Shown here one piece after another: positions 17,994-27,826 of a DNA stretch of 34,727 nucleotides. A program made the translations under genes and the position numbers. How positions within the stretch are numbered: the stretch's first letter is position 1; each line of letters opens with the position of its first letter. The notes below the pieces were generated by a model, which searched no databases, had not been told where the DNA came from, and saw nothing but the letters and a program-made list of their open reading frames with translations. The DNA is from Promethearchaeota archaeon (GTDB taxonomy: Archaea > Asgardarchaeota > Lokiarchaeia > Sigyniarchaeales > SOKP01), in assembly GCA_048938445.1 (NCBI GenBank), contig JBHLME010000039.1, positions 1 through 34,727 on the forward strand, written 5' to 3'.

Positions 17994-18959
17994 ATGTCAA
18001 AAAAATATGATATTATATGCATAGGTGCTGCTTTAGTAGATATGGTTGCTAAAGTAGAACGCCATCCACTTGAAGATGATGAAGTCTTCGTATCAGATTT
18101 AAGTCTTTTTTCTGGTGGAGCAGCAGCGAATACTGCTTTTGCATGTGCATCATTAGGTTTGAAATCTGCTTTTCTTGGAAAACTAGGAAAAAATGATACA
18201 TTCGGATTAAAAATAATTGATGATTTTAAAAAAGGAAACGTTATTATAGATTTAATAAAATATTCTGATGAGCATGGAACGGGATCTGCATATGTTGCCT
18301 TAAATGACAAAGCTGATAGAAGAATTTATGCACACAGTGGTGCAGCAAATTATCTCTCAGAAAAAGACATCATATTAAATGAAATAAATCAATCAAAAGT
18401 AATATACTTAAGTAGTCTTAAAAATATTAAACCTTTTATCGAAGCGGGAATGATTGGAAAAAAAAACGGAATTCCCGTGATTCTTAATCCTGGAATGTTA
18501 ATCATAGACCAAGGTTATGATAAAATATCCTCTTTATTGGGTGAAATCGATGTCTTGATATTATCCCAAAGAGAATATACAACATTAATGAAGATTGAAA
18601 GTATAGAGTTAGAACATACCATTGTAAAACAAACTTCAACAAAACTATTTGAATTAGGTCTAAAAATTTTAATAATCACATTAGGAAGTAGAGGAGCCTT
18701 TATTCTTTCGGAAAATAAAATAGATTTGATTCCGACCATTGAAATAGAAAATATAAAAGACACTACAGGGGCAGGAGATGCCTTCTCAGCAGGGTTTATT
18801 TATGGTTTTGTTCAAAGTTTACGTTATGGATTTACTAATCTAAAGAAAAATGTAAAAATTGGAAACTATATTGCAGGAAAATGCATTCAAGAATTGGGTG
18901 CAAGAAATGGAATTCCAAATGAAGAACAGCTTAAATCCTTCTTAAATACTTTAAAATGA
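17994..18959 (+). CDS. PfkB/ribokinase-family kinase
   Basis: GGAAANTA, GKLGKNDTFG, ITLGSRGA, DTTGAGDAFSAGF. ATG at 17994 preferred over TTG at 17967. Confidence 0.92.
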   Translation: MSKKYDIICIGAALVDMVAKVERHPLEDDEVFVSDLSLFSGGAAANTAFACASLGLKSAFLGKLGKNDTFGLKIIDDFKKGNVIIDLIKYSDEHGTGSAYVALNDKADRRIYAHSGAANYLSEKDIILNEINQSKVIYLSSLKNIKPFIEAGMIGKKNGIPVILNPGMLIIDQGYDKISSLLGEIDVLILSQREYTTLMKIESIELEHTIVKQTSTKLFELGLKILIITLGSRGAFILSENKIDLIPTIEIENIKDTTGAGDAFSAGFIYGFVQSLRYGFTNLKKNVKIGNYIAGKCIQELGARNGIPNEEQLKSFLNTLK

Positions 18960-19021
18960 AAAAATTTTTAATATAATAATTTAATTACTCATCATTCAAT
19001 TATAATAATGTTATATTATCA

Positions 19022-20080
19022 ATGATGGAAAAAGAAAAGTCAACTAAGACTAAAATTATTGAAGATAGACTGTATTTTTTTATTGAATTAGTCATAGTAT
19101 TTATTGGAGGATTCTTTTTAGTTTTTATTGCTGAAATTATCACAAGTATCTTGGACCCATCAAGTATTTTATATGGTCCCTTATACTTTTTAATTAAATC
19201 AATAATAATTCTTGTTACAGTTCCATTATTTTTACATTTAGCATATTTGATATTAAAGGACCAGAAAGAAGAAAATCAAGAAAAATTTCAACTCAGCCCT
19301 ACTTTTGGCCATTTAAAATTATATACAATATCTAGAAATAATTTCAAATATCAATTCTTATATGGTTTCTTAATTTTGTTTTTAATATTTATTCCATTGG
19401 ATTTTTTTACTTACTTAATCCCTGGAATGATTGAATATCAAGCAGAAAGCTTAATAAATCCATATAATTCTTTAGGAACGTATTTTACACAATCCTATGA
19501 AATTTTTATAGCATCAGCAATAATAATTCACATTTCCGTTGCATTAATGGAAGAAACTCTAGCAAGAGGCTTGATTGCTAAAAGAGGCAGTGAATATTAT
19601 AATAAAATATCTGCCGTGATTATTTCATCTATATATTGGGGGATGGGTCATTTATTCTATGTTATTTTCAATCCAATTCAGTGGGGATTTTCTATAATAT
19701 GGTTTTTACAAGCTTTCTTTATTGGAATAATTTTATCAAGTTTTATTATAAAAAAAAAGTGGTTATTTCCATTAATTTTTGCTCATGCCTTGAATAATAT
19801 AATTTCAGCTCATACAATTTGGAATTACAAGCAAGGAAATAATTTTTTAGTGATAACTATATACCTTTACGTTCCTTTATTGATAATAAGTATTCTTTTA
19901 TTGATTTGGCAATTTTCAAGGATAAAAACTGCAGTTTCAACGGGATTTAAAGAATTTATTTCTTATTTTAAACCAGATTCTAAAAGGAATGAATCTGGGG
20001 GGGATTTGGGGATTCGAATTCTTTTTGATATAATAATGGGAATAATAATTTTTTTATTAGGTTTATTGGTAAGTCTATAA
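19022..20080 (+). CDS. CPBP (Abi/Rce1-like) intramembrane glutamic protease
   Basis: Multiple TM helices with EETLARG, WGMGH and HALNN motifs. Confidence 0.88.
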   Translation: MMEKEKSTKTKIIEDRLYFFIELVIVFIGGFFLVFIAEIITSILDPSSILYGPLYFLIKSIIILVTVPLFLHLAYLILKDQKEENQEKFQLSPTFGHLKLYTISRNNFKYQFLYGFLILFLIFIPLDFFTYLIPGMIEYQAESLINPYNSLGTYFTQSYEIFIASAIIIHISVALMEETLARGLIAKRGSEYYNKISAVIISSIYWGMGHLFYVIFNPIQWGFSIIWFLQAFFIGIILSSFIIKKKWLFPLIFAHALNNIISAHTIWNYKQGNNFLVITIYLYVPLLIISILLLIWQFSRIKTAVSTGFKEFISYFKPDSKRNESGGDLGIRILFDIIMGIIIFLLGLLVSL

Positions 20081-20094
20081 AAGGTGTCTCATCA

Positions 20095-20613
20095 GTGGTA
20101 AAATTTGGAATTCTTTCTGATACACATATTTCTGAAGATGAAGATCCAATAAAAGTCAATAAACTTCTTGACAGATTAAAGAAAGTTTTCCATGATGTTG
20201 ATGAAATCATACACGCAGGTGATGTGTGCGTGGATTTTTTTTTGAATGAATTAAACATGCTTAAACCTACTAAATGTGTTTCAGGAAATATGGATAAAAT
20301 AATAAATCTAAAGAAATTTTTAACATTTAATATTTCTCAGTATAAGATTGGAGTGATCCATGAACTTCCAAATGATCTAGAGAAATTTACACGAGAAAAT
20401 GGACTTCACATTCTCATCTTTGGCCATACTCACCAACCACTCATTAAGGGTACGCTCTATAATGTATTGATTCTAAATCCAGGTTCTCCAAGTAAACCAA
20501 AAGCGCCCCCCAAAATAATTGGTTTTAAGGAACCAATTGCAAGAAAAACCGTATTGACTTTAGATATAAATGAAAAAAATGAAATGATAACTACTTATAT
20601 TATTAACTTATAA
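20095..20613 (+). CDS. YfcE/MJ0936/Vps29-like metallophosphoesterase
   Basis: SDTH, HAGD, GNMD, GHTH, NPGS. GTG start. Confidence 0.9.
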   Translation: MVKFGILSDTHISEDEDPIKVNKLLDRLKKVFHDVDEIIHAGDVCVDFFLNELNMLKPTKCVSGNMDKIINLKKFLTFNISQYKIGVIHELPNDLEKFTRENGLHILIFGHTHQPLIKGTLYNVLILNPGSPSKPKAPPKIIGFKEPIARKTVLTLDINEKNEMITTYIINL

Positions 20614-20697
20614 TAATGTTAAAATACAATGATAAAAAAATAAATATAAGAATATGATTATTATTCATATCCAAAAAAATTAGCGAGAGAAAAACAT

Positions 20698-21096
20698 ATG
20701 GTTTCTAAACTTGAATTAGTCTTAAAAGAATTAAATGAAAACGGAAATTTTAGAGCATCATTATTTTCAACGGATACGGGATTGGTGTTATCTTCGCAGA
20801 AAGCAGGAGATATTGACGAGACTGTCGTGGCAGCAATGGCAACTTTATTGAGCGACGCGGCTTATGCTGCATCGCAAGATTTGAAATTATCTGAAATGGA
20901 CAGTATGAAAATAAAATATAAGAGAGAATTAATAATTTGTCGAAATATTTACATTCCTGGTGCGGATACTAATTTTATTTTAGCAGTATTGTCAGAATTA
21001 CCAGATTCTGATGATGTTGAGAAATATTTTGATTCCCTCTTGGACTGGGCAATTGAAAACAGTCAAGCAGATCTGATAAAATTATCTAGTATCTAA
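20698..21096 (+). CDS. Roadblock/LC7 domain protein
   Basis: Helix-beta-beta-helix pattern LELVLKEL..SLFSTDTGLVLSS..DETVVAAMATLL, 132 aa. Confidence 0.82.
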   Translation: MVSKLELVLKELNENGNFRASLFSTDTGLVLSSQKAGDIDETVVAAMATLLSDAAYAASQDLKLSEMDSMKIKYKRELIICRNIYIPGADTNFILAVLSELPDSDDVEKYFDSLLDWAIENSQADLIKLSSI

Positions 21097-21111
21097 GCTC
21101 TTTTATTATTT

Positions 21112-21747
21112 TTATTTTAATGACTTGAAAAAATTTATTACTTCGTTTGCTATAAGCCCTTCATAACTCCAATAGAGATGATCTGCGCCATCTATAACTT
21201 TAAACGATTTTGGATCTTGATATGAAGCATAATGCTTTTCAAAATTTGACAAGGGGATAAAACTATCTCGATCACCTTGTATAAATAGTTTAGGTTTCTC
21301 GGTTTGAGATAAATCTTCATATTTTCGGTTATATAAATCAAATGGTAAAGAAATTGCTGCAAATCCTATAATCTTATCAGAGTAATTAATAGTAGAACAT
21401 CCAATTGCGGCACCAAAAGAATAACCGCATAAAAATATTTTATCCACACCTAATTTTTCAATTAAATAATCAATACATGCCTTAACATCGCTATGTTCCC
21501 CGCTTCCGTTAGATAGATTACCTGTAGACCTTCCAACTCCTCTAAAATTAAATCTCAAGCATGAAATATCTTGATTAATTGATTTCTCAAAAATACCCGA
21601 AATGACATTATTATAAAAATTACCTCCCATTCTAGGATCGGGATGACAAAGTATAATTGCTGAATCTTTTTCAGATGTTGATTCATAAAATTCTGATTCT
21701 AATTCAATATCATAATTAGTTATGATATAGTTTTCAATTTTGACCAT
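21112..21747 (-). CDS. Alpha/beta hydrolase
   Basis: HPDPRMGG, RFNFRGVGRS, GYSFG nucleophile elbow, QGDRD, GADH. Confidence 0.92.
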   Translation of the reverse strand: MVKIENYIITNYDIELESEFYESTSEKDSAIILCHPDPRMGGNFYNNVISGIFEKSINQDISCLRFNFRGVGRSTGNLSNGSGEHSDVKACIDYLIEKLGVDKIFLCGYSFGAAIGCSTINYSDKIIGFAAISLPFDLYNRKYEDLSQTEKPKLFIQGDRDSFIPLSNFEKHYASYQDPKSFKVIDGADHLYWSYEGLIANEVINFFKSLK

Positions 21748-21788
21748 AATTTTATTTAATTATCAAAAGTATTTTATTATTGTTGATA

Positions 21789-22643
21789 ATGAATTACAAT
21801 AAGATCATGATAGAACAAAAGATTAAGCAGTTCATAATGGAAGATTGTAATTTTAAAGATTGTAGCTCTCAATTTATTCCCGATGGCACTTCTAGTAAAG
21901 CAAAAATTATCGCAAAAAGTGATGGTTATATCTCGGGACTCGAGGAATTACAAATAATGTTTAACGTTCTCAATGTTGAATCAACTCTTAGAAAAAAAGA
22001 TGGAGATGCTATAAGTAAAGGAGATGTCATCATAGAGTTAAAGGGGGATACAAAAAGCATTTTACTTGGAGAAAGAGTAGGACTTAATCTTTGTACTCAC
22101 ATGAGTGAGGTGACTTCAACTACAAGACTGTTTGTCGATATCGTTGAAAAATCTCAAAAAAAGACTAAAATTGCATGCACTAGGAAAACTCTACCTGGTT
22201 TAAGAATTTTTGATAAAAAAGCTGTCGAGATTGGCGGAGGAGACACGCATAGATTTTCTCTCGATGACATGATATTACTGAAGGACACTCACTTAAGATA
22301 CAAAGACGGAGATGTAGTAAAGTTATTAAAGGATGTGAAAAAAACGGCAAGTTTTTCAAAAAAAATAGAAATTGAATTAGAAAAAGTTGAGGATGTTTTA
22401 ATAGCTGCTAGAAATGGAGCTGACATTATCATGCTTGATAATATGAATCCTCAGCAAGTAGGTAATGCGATTAGTAGTCTTGTTGAAAATAATTTGAGAG
22501 AAAAGGTAATTATCGAGATTTCAGGTGGAATTAATAGAACCAATATATTGGATTATCTAGTTTATGAACCAGATATCATTAGTAGTAGTGAAATAACTCA
22601 AAATCCTAGCGTGATAATCGATTTATCTCTTAAATTTAATTAA
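21789..22643 (+). CDS. nadC: Quinolinate phosphoribosyltransferase
   Basis: GERVGLN, CTRKTLPGLR, GGGDTHRFSLDD.ILLKDTH, IEIE, DIIMLDNM, EISGGI. Confidence 0.95.
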   Translation: MNYNKIMIEQKIKQFIMEDCNFKDCSSQFIPDGTSSKAKIIAKSDGYISGLEELQIMFNVLNVESTLRKKDGDAISKGDVIIELKGDTKSILLGERVGLNLCTHMSEVTSTTRLFVDIVEKSQKKTKIACTRKTLPGLRIFDKKAVEIGGGDTHRFSLDDMILLKDTHLRYKDGDVVKLLKDVKKTASFSKKIEIELEKVEDVLIAARNGADIIMLDNMNPQQVGNAISSLVENNLREKVIIEISGGINRTNILDYLVYEPDIISSSEITQNPSVIIDLSLKFN

Positions 22644-22660
22644 AATAAGATGTGTATAAT

Positions 22661-23053
22661 TCAATCAATTATTATCTCGTGAATAGTACAAGAGACATCT
22701 TTAATATTTTCTAGTTTTTGGTATAAATCTTTAATCATTCCAAATTCACCCACAGCAAGAACAGTTTCAATTTTTTTTTCGACGATACGCCAATCTGAAA
22801 TATTTTTTATGATAGAATTAAACCGTGAATATAATTCGGAAATCTCATCAATTATAACCTCTTTAAATGGATATACTAAATGTAATACTATTATTTTATA
22901 TCCTTCTAAATCGTCAAATTTTTGATGGTTGTTGATAAAATTTACGATTGCTCCTCTTAATGCCTCACTCTTAGAGGAGAATCCACTCTTTCTCCTGACT
23001 TTTTCAAATCTATCTAACAAATCATCATTTACTTGTAATGAAATTATTGGCAT
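22661..23053 (-). CDS. CopG/NikR-like ribbon-helix-helix regulator with ACT-like C-domain
   Basis: IISLQVNDDLL.RF..GFSSKSEALR.AI. The NikR-like C-domain lacks the nickel ligands. Confidence 0.8.
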   Translation of the reverse strand: MPIISLQVNDDLLDRFEKVRRKSGFSSKSEALRGAIVNFINNHQKFDDLEGYKIIVLHLVYPFKEVIIDEISELYSRFNSIIKNISDWRIVEKKIETVLAVGEFGMIKDLYQKLENIKDVSCTIHEIIID

Positions 23054-23192
23054 TATAAATTCATTAATGAAAAGTAGATTAATAAGTTTAATTCTTGATT
23101 AATTTTATTTATAGTTTAATGCGATAAATTAGTTTTATAGTAACTTTTTTTCTAAGAATTAAATTACTTAATTTTTTTATAAATCTTTGATA

Positions 23193-24731
23193 TTAAGCAG
23201 ATTCTTGCCTCCATTCGGCCATACAATCTCCGCAAATATATTTCTTACCGTAAACTCTTGGTGAAAAACTAATAATATTGTCTTTATCAACAACTTCTTT
23301 TATAGGATATTTATCCTGATTCCCACATACTGGACATGTACGTCTACCATGAACTATCTTCACTAGCCTTGATTGATCAGATTTTTCTTCCTTCTCTACT
23401 TTAGGTGTAGAAATTATAGTAATCGGAGCCATTGGCTCTTCTTTAGATAATTCTTCAATAGAATCCATTTCTACTTCTAATTCTTTAATTAATCTTTCTC
23501 TTTCTTTCATTAATTGATTAGATATACCATGTAATTCTTCTGTTAAATCTAAAGATTCTTCATTTAACGAAAAAGTTACGTTTTTAGCTTGATTAATAAT
23601 TTGATCAAGTTCCTTTTTTAAATGAGAGGAAAAAGATGGTGATGAACTTATCCTGCTTTCTAATTTTTCTTTAGTTTTAGAGATGATGTTCAGAGTTTTA
23701 GGCTTGCTTGGTATTTTTTGTGGAATTTCTTTTTGGATTAATTCCATTGGAACCTCACTTTCTCTCATTCTTTTTTCCCTCTCCATCAAGCTAGTTCTGT
23801 GTGCTATTATCTTAATTCTAGCTTGCTTTAATTTTTCTTTTCTTCTATTTAATTTCTTTTTTAACTTAACTATCTCCTCAGGTAGAAGAGATTCTTGTTT
23901 AGGTTTCTTTGCTGAATGTAGTCGAATTAATTTTGCTATATTTTGTTTTAAAGATGAAATTTCTTTATTTTTTTTGTCTAAATCTTGTTTTGCATAAAAG
24001 CTAACATCTTTAAGTTTATTTCTTAACTCTTCAATTTCATTCGTTTTTTTATTCAATTCCATTAATTGAACTCGTGAACCTACTTCTTGTTGTGCTTTCA
24101 TTTCTAGTTGTCTATTTGATTTCTCTACTAAAGACTTTTGAAATTGAATATTTTGGGTTAATTCATTTATCTTATTGTTTAGATATTGTATTTTACGTTC
24201 TAATGCTTCTCGTTTTTTTTTTTCTTCTTGATAACCATACATCAAATTCCCATCTTGGATATAAGAGGGTGGTTGATAAGATCGGGGATAGGTTTGCTGA
24301 TAGGATTGAGGGTAGGATTGTTGATAGGGTGGTTGATAAGTTTGTGGATAAGATTGTACTTCTTCTTCATATAATAGATTTTCAGTGTCCAGTAAAATAC
24401 TTTTAACTTCTATAGCTTCATATTTATTAATTTTTTCAAAGGGGTAAAATCTATATAATTCATCCTCATATTCAGTTTGTAAGAAAAGAGATAGTTTATG
24501 AGCACTTCGGATAATTTTTATTCCAAATCGTTCAATGATTAAAATATCTCCTAATATATGTAAAACATCTTCTGGGGCCCCTGAAAAGTCAGATTGTGCT
24601 ACTTTATAATGTTTTTTGTATATTCTTCTATTTGTTATGACATAATTTCGTTCATTAGTACTATCTTTAGACATTACTTTATGCCATAATATTTTTTCTC
24701 CAGGAATAAATAAAGTTTTGATTATTTCCAC
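23193..24731 (-). CDS. Multidomain protein: PH-like N-domain, Y/Q/P repeat, coiled coil, C-terminal zinc ribbon
   Basis: PGEKILW..YVITNRRI, QSYPQTYQPPYQQSY repeat, long K/E/L heptad region, CPVCG..YICGDC..W. GTG start. Confidence 0.75.
   Translation of the reverse strand: MEIIKTLFIPGEKILWHKVMSKDSTNERNYVITNRRIYKKHYKVAQSDFSGAPEDVLHILGDILIIERFGIKIIRSAHKLSLFLQTEYEDELYRFYPFEKINKYEAIEVKSILLDTENLLYEEEVQSYPQTYQPPYQQSYPQSYQQTYPRSYQPPSYIQDGNLMYGYQEEKKKREALERKIQYLNNKINELTQNIQFQKSLVEKSNRQLEMKAQQEVGSRVQLMELNKKTNEIEELRNKLKDVSFYAKQDLDKKNKEISSLKQNIAKLIRLHSAKKPKQESLLPEEIVKLKKKLNRRKEKLKQARIKIIAHRTSLMEREKRMRESEVPMELIQKEIPQKIPSKPKTLNIISKTKEKLESRISSSPSFSSHLKKELDQIINQAKNVTFSLNEESLDLTEELHGISNQLMKERERLIKELEVEMDSIEELSKEEPMAPITIISTPKVEKEEKSDQSRLVKIVHGRRTCPVCGNQDKYPIKEVVDKDNIISFSPRVYGKKYICGDCMAEWRQESA
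24258..24358 (-). repeat. Degenerate 12-bp tandem repeat within CDS (tyrosine every 4th residue)
   Basis: GATAR-like cores recur every 12 bp on the + strand and GGGTGGTTGATAAG occurs twice. Confidence 0.85.
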
Positions 24732-24934
24732 TTATGCAACACCGTGAATAAGAAAAAATTTTATAATAACTAAATTTTAAACATTCAATACTAGAGTAAA
24801 ATTTTATATATTTATTTATTTATATAATTATCTTTATTGTCTAATAATACTTTAATTTTGTCTAATCTATTTTTTTTAAAATACATTATTAGTTGTAATT
24901 TAAAAAGAAATGAATATGTTTTGTTATAATTCTT

Positions 24935-25600
24935 TTATTTCTTTCTAAGATTAGAAAATAATCGTTCATGCATTTCATAAAATTTATCTAAATTTTCATT
25001 TTCAAGAATAACAGGTTTTCCTATCTGTAAAGCACCCCAGTAGAGATATGCTAACTTTTCAACTAGTTCAGCATATTTTACAGCATTAATAACTGATTTT
25101 CCACAAACAATTACACCGTGATTAGAAAGCAATGCAGCATTTTTATTACCTAACGCTTTTAATGCAACTTCACCAACTTTTTCAGTATGAGCTTCTCCAT
25201 AAGGAGCGAGATCAATAGATCCACCTAAAAATACGACCTGTTCTTCCATTATTATGGGTACATGTTTCCTTGTTATTGAAAGCATTGTTGCATATGGTGA
25301 ATGAGTATGTATCACACATTTTACCTTGGGTCGAGCTTTATATATTGCGAGATGTAGTTTAGTTTCCGTAGATGGTATCTTACCTTTCCCAATAACATTA
25401 CCATTAAAATCTAAATGAGTAATTTGTTCAATCGTTAAGGAATCATATTGATTTGCTGTTGGAGTTATAAAGATCTCTTCTTTTCTTCCATTCCTAACAC
25501 TGATATTCCCTTCGTTATTATCATTTAATCCTTTTTCAAAGATTTTCTTAGCACCATCTACAACTTCTTTTCGAAATTTTAATTCTTTATCTTCTACCAT
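24935..25600 (-). CDS. Class II aldolase/adducin family protein (FucA-like)
   Basis: EGNISVR, ITPT, PSTE..LH..IY, HTHSPYAT, NHG. ATG at 25600 preferred. Confidence 0.92.
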   Translation of the reverse strand: MVEDKELKFRKEVVDGAKKIFEKGLNDNNEGNISVRNGRKEEIFITPTANQYDSLTIEQITHLDFNGNVIGKGKIPSTETKLHLAIYKARPKVKCVIHTHSPYATMLSITRKHVPIIMEEQVVFLGGSIDLAPYGEAHTEKVGEVALKALGNKNAALLSNHGVIVCGKSVINAVKYAELVEKLAYLYWGALQIGKPVILENENLDKFYEMHERLFSNLRKK

Positions 25601-25718
25601 ATTATTATTGAATGTAAACAATTTATTAAAAATCACCATAGTCTCTTATATTAAATTAAATGTAAATGAGTGCTTTTTCAGAAACAAATTACTTTTTTTA
25701 AAATTTTAATATATAATA

Positions 25719-26810
25719 ATGGATAGAATTATTTTACATTGTGATTTAGACTGCTTTTTTGCCGCAGTAGAAGCACGAGATAATCCTGAATATAAAGGAA
25801 AACCCATTATTATAGGAGCAGATCCGAAAAGAGGGAATGGAAGAGGTGTTGTAAGTACTTGTTCATATGAGGCAAGAAAATTCGGAATTCATTCAGCATT
25901 ACCCATTTCACAAGCTTATAGATTATGTCCTGAGGGTATTTATCTTAAACCCAGTCATGATAAATACATTACTGTTTCTAACCAAGTCATGTCCATTTTA
26001 AAAAGTTATTCTGATAAATTTCAACAAGCAGGCATTGATGAGGCTTATATAGACATTACAGAATCTATCAAAGACTTTAAAGAAGGGAAAATAATAGCTG
26101 ATTCTATTAGAGAAAGAGTTTACAAAGAAATAGGGATAACTATCTCCATAGGAGTTGCTCCAACGAAGTCCATTGCAAAAATTGCTTCAGATCATGAAAA
26201 ACCAAATAGTACTACAGTTGTTCCTCCGAATTTAATATTTTCTTTTCTAAAAAATCAAGAAATCACGAGAATTCCCGGTATAGGAAAGAAATCAAAAATC
26301 TATTATAACACACATGGAATTAAAACTATAGGAGATATCATTGTAACGCCCTTAGAAAAGATGATCGAATTATTTGGCAAGAATGGTAAATGGGCATGGA
26401 ATATTGCGCATGGCAATGATAATAGAGAAGTAGGTGAATTTCATGGAAACCGAAAATCAATTAGCAAGGAGCGGACTTTTCATAAGGATACAAATGAGAT
26501 GACATTCATTATCCCAAAATTAGAAGAATTAAATGAAAAAATCCACTATAAATTAAGCAAAAATAAGGTGTTTTATAAAACAATTACAATTAAAATTAGG
26601 TTTGAAGGTTTTATAACACATACAAGGTCAAAAACATTCCCATTTCATATTAGAAATGAAAAAACAGCTCTTAAAGTCTTGTTAGAGTTATACCAAGAAT
26701 TTAATGACATTAAAAAGAAAGTTAGATTAATAGGTGTTAGATTTTCTAACCTAAAAAGAGAAATTAAACAAAAACAAATTACTCTATTTAATTATAACAA
26801 ATACATTTGA
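25719..26810 (+). CDS. dinB: Y-family DNA polymerase IV
   Basis: HCDLDCFFAAVE, CSYEARKFGIHSA, GIDEAYID, AKIASD..KP, IPGIG, RKSISKERTF, VRLIGV. Confidence 0.96.
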   Translation: MDRIILHCDLDCFFAAVEARDNPEYKGKPIIIGADPKRGNGRGVVSTCSYEARKFGIHSALPISQAYRLCPEGIYLKPSHDKYITVSNQVMSILKSYSDKFQQAGIDEAYIDITESIKDFKEGKIIADSIRERVYKEIGITISIGVAPTKSIAKIASDHEKPNSTTVVPPNLIFSFLKNQEITRIPGIGKKSKIYYNTHGIKTIGDIIVTPLEKMIELFGKNGKWAWNIAHGNDNREVGEFHGNRKSISKERTFHKDTNEMTFIIPKLEELNEKIHYKLSKNKVFYKTITIKIRFEGFITHTRSKTFPFHIRNEKTALKVLLELYQEFNDIKKKVRLIGVRFSNLKREIKQKQITLFNYNKYI

Positions 26811-26929
26811 TTTATAATTTTACTATAGTAAAAAATCTTTTACTAACAAAAAAAAGAAATACAAATATATACATAAATTATTATATAATTTATAATAAGT
26901 TTTATACTATTTCACGGGTGAAATGGGTA

Positions 26930-27343
26930 ATGGGAAAAATAATTCAAGATATTTGGATACTCACGAAAACAGGAATTTCAGTTTATAATAGAGTCTATGA
27001 TCCAGAAAAATTAGATCAACAACTATTTGCCATGCTGATGAGTGCTATAAATTCATTTGCAGATGAGGTATATATAGGAGGGATATCAAGCTTTGAGTTA
27101 AGTGATAAAAAATTTAGTATCATTAAACATAATGATTTCCTATTTGTCGCAAATTCTGATCCTAAGGTAAAATGTAAGAAAGTTGTAAATGAACTTGAAG
27201 CGATATCAGAAAAATTTTTTAAAGCTTACCCCCATAATGTATTAGAGAATTGGGATGGTGATGTCAGTATTTTTGATAATTTTGAAGATCATATTCAAGA
27301 TTCAGTACAAAAGAAGTTAAATAATTTTATGGCCATGATATAA
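26930..27343 (+). CDS. Longin-like domain protein
   Basis: IQDIWILTKTGISVY..DQQLFAMLMSAINSFA..FLFV..L..I.EKF..Y..F..F longin pattern. ATG at 26930 follows GGGTGA; the ORF-track extension to 26807 is AT-rich intergenic DNA. Confidence 0.72.
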   Translation: MGKIIQDIWILTKTGISVYNRVYDPEKLDQQLFAMLMSAINSFADEVYIGGISSFELSDKKFSIIKHNDFLFVANSDPKVKCKKVVNELEAISEKFFKAYPHNVLENWDGDVSIFDNFEDHIQDSVQKKLNNFMAMI

Positions 27344-27468
27344 ACTTCTTTTTTTTAATATTTTTAGAATATCTTTTTTTGTTATAATTAATAATCTGAA
27401 ATTATTAAAATAAATAATAATTGTTGTAAAATATAATAAAATTCTATATATTGAAAGTAAATAAAAAA

Positions 27469-27822
27469 ATGAATGCTATTGGAATTGTATTTTTATATGA
27501 TAGAAAATTAGGCCCTCCAAAAGAAATATCCGTAGAATTCAAGGAATTTTTTGCACAAGTAACTGAAAATTTAGTAAAGGAAGGATTATTAGATTTACCA
27601 GAGCTTAAAAACATAATTGACTCTCAAAAAATTTATTGGGGTGGAATTCGAGAAAATTTTAATGAAATAATAAGTGATACTGATGCAATTGGTAAGTTAG
27701 GATGGATAACTTTTAAAAATCATACAGATATTGAAGCGAGGGATGAATTAAAGAGTCTAATCTATGATGAATCAAAAGCTCCTTGGGGATTTACTCTTAT
27801 TGTGTGTGTTATATATGGATAA
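27469..27822 (+). CDS. Hypothetical protein
   Basis: Clean ORF with globular composition filling the gap; no recognised motif. Confidence 0.7.
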   Translation: MNAIGIVFLYDRKLGPPKEISVEFKEFFAQVTENLVKEGLLDLPELKNIIDSQKIYWGGIRENFNEIISDTDAIGKLGWITFKNHTDIEARDELKSLIYDESKAPWGFTLIVCVIYG

Positions 27823-27826
27823 TAAA

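Noticed and set aside
24074-24406. 110-aa + strand ORF with VDKI/VDRV periodicity, or a CRISPR-like repeat
   Set aside because: It is the antisense shadow of the coding 12-bp repeat. There are no spacers or cas genes.
26807-26929. 41-codon N-terminal extension of the longin-like ORF overlapping the dinB stop
   Set aside because: Composition is that of intergenic DNA, and a better start with an SD-like motif lies at 26930.
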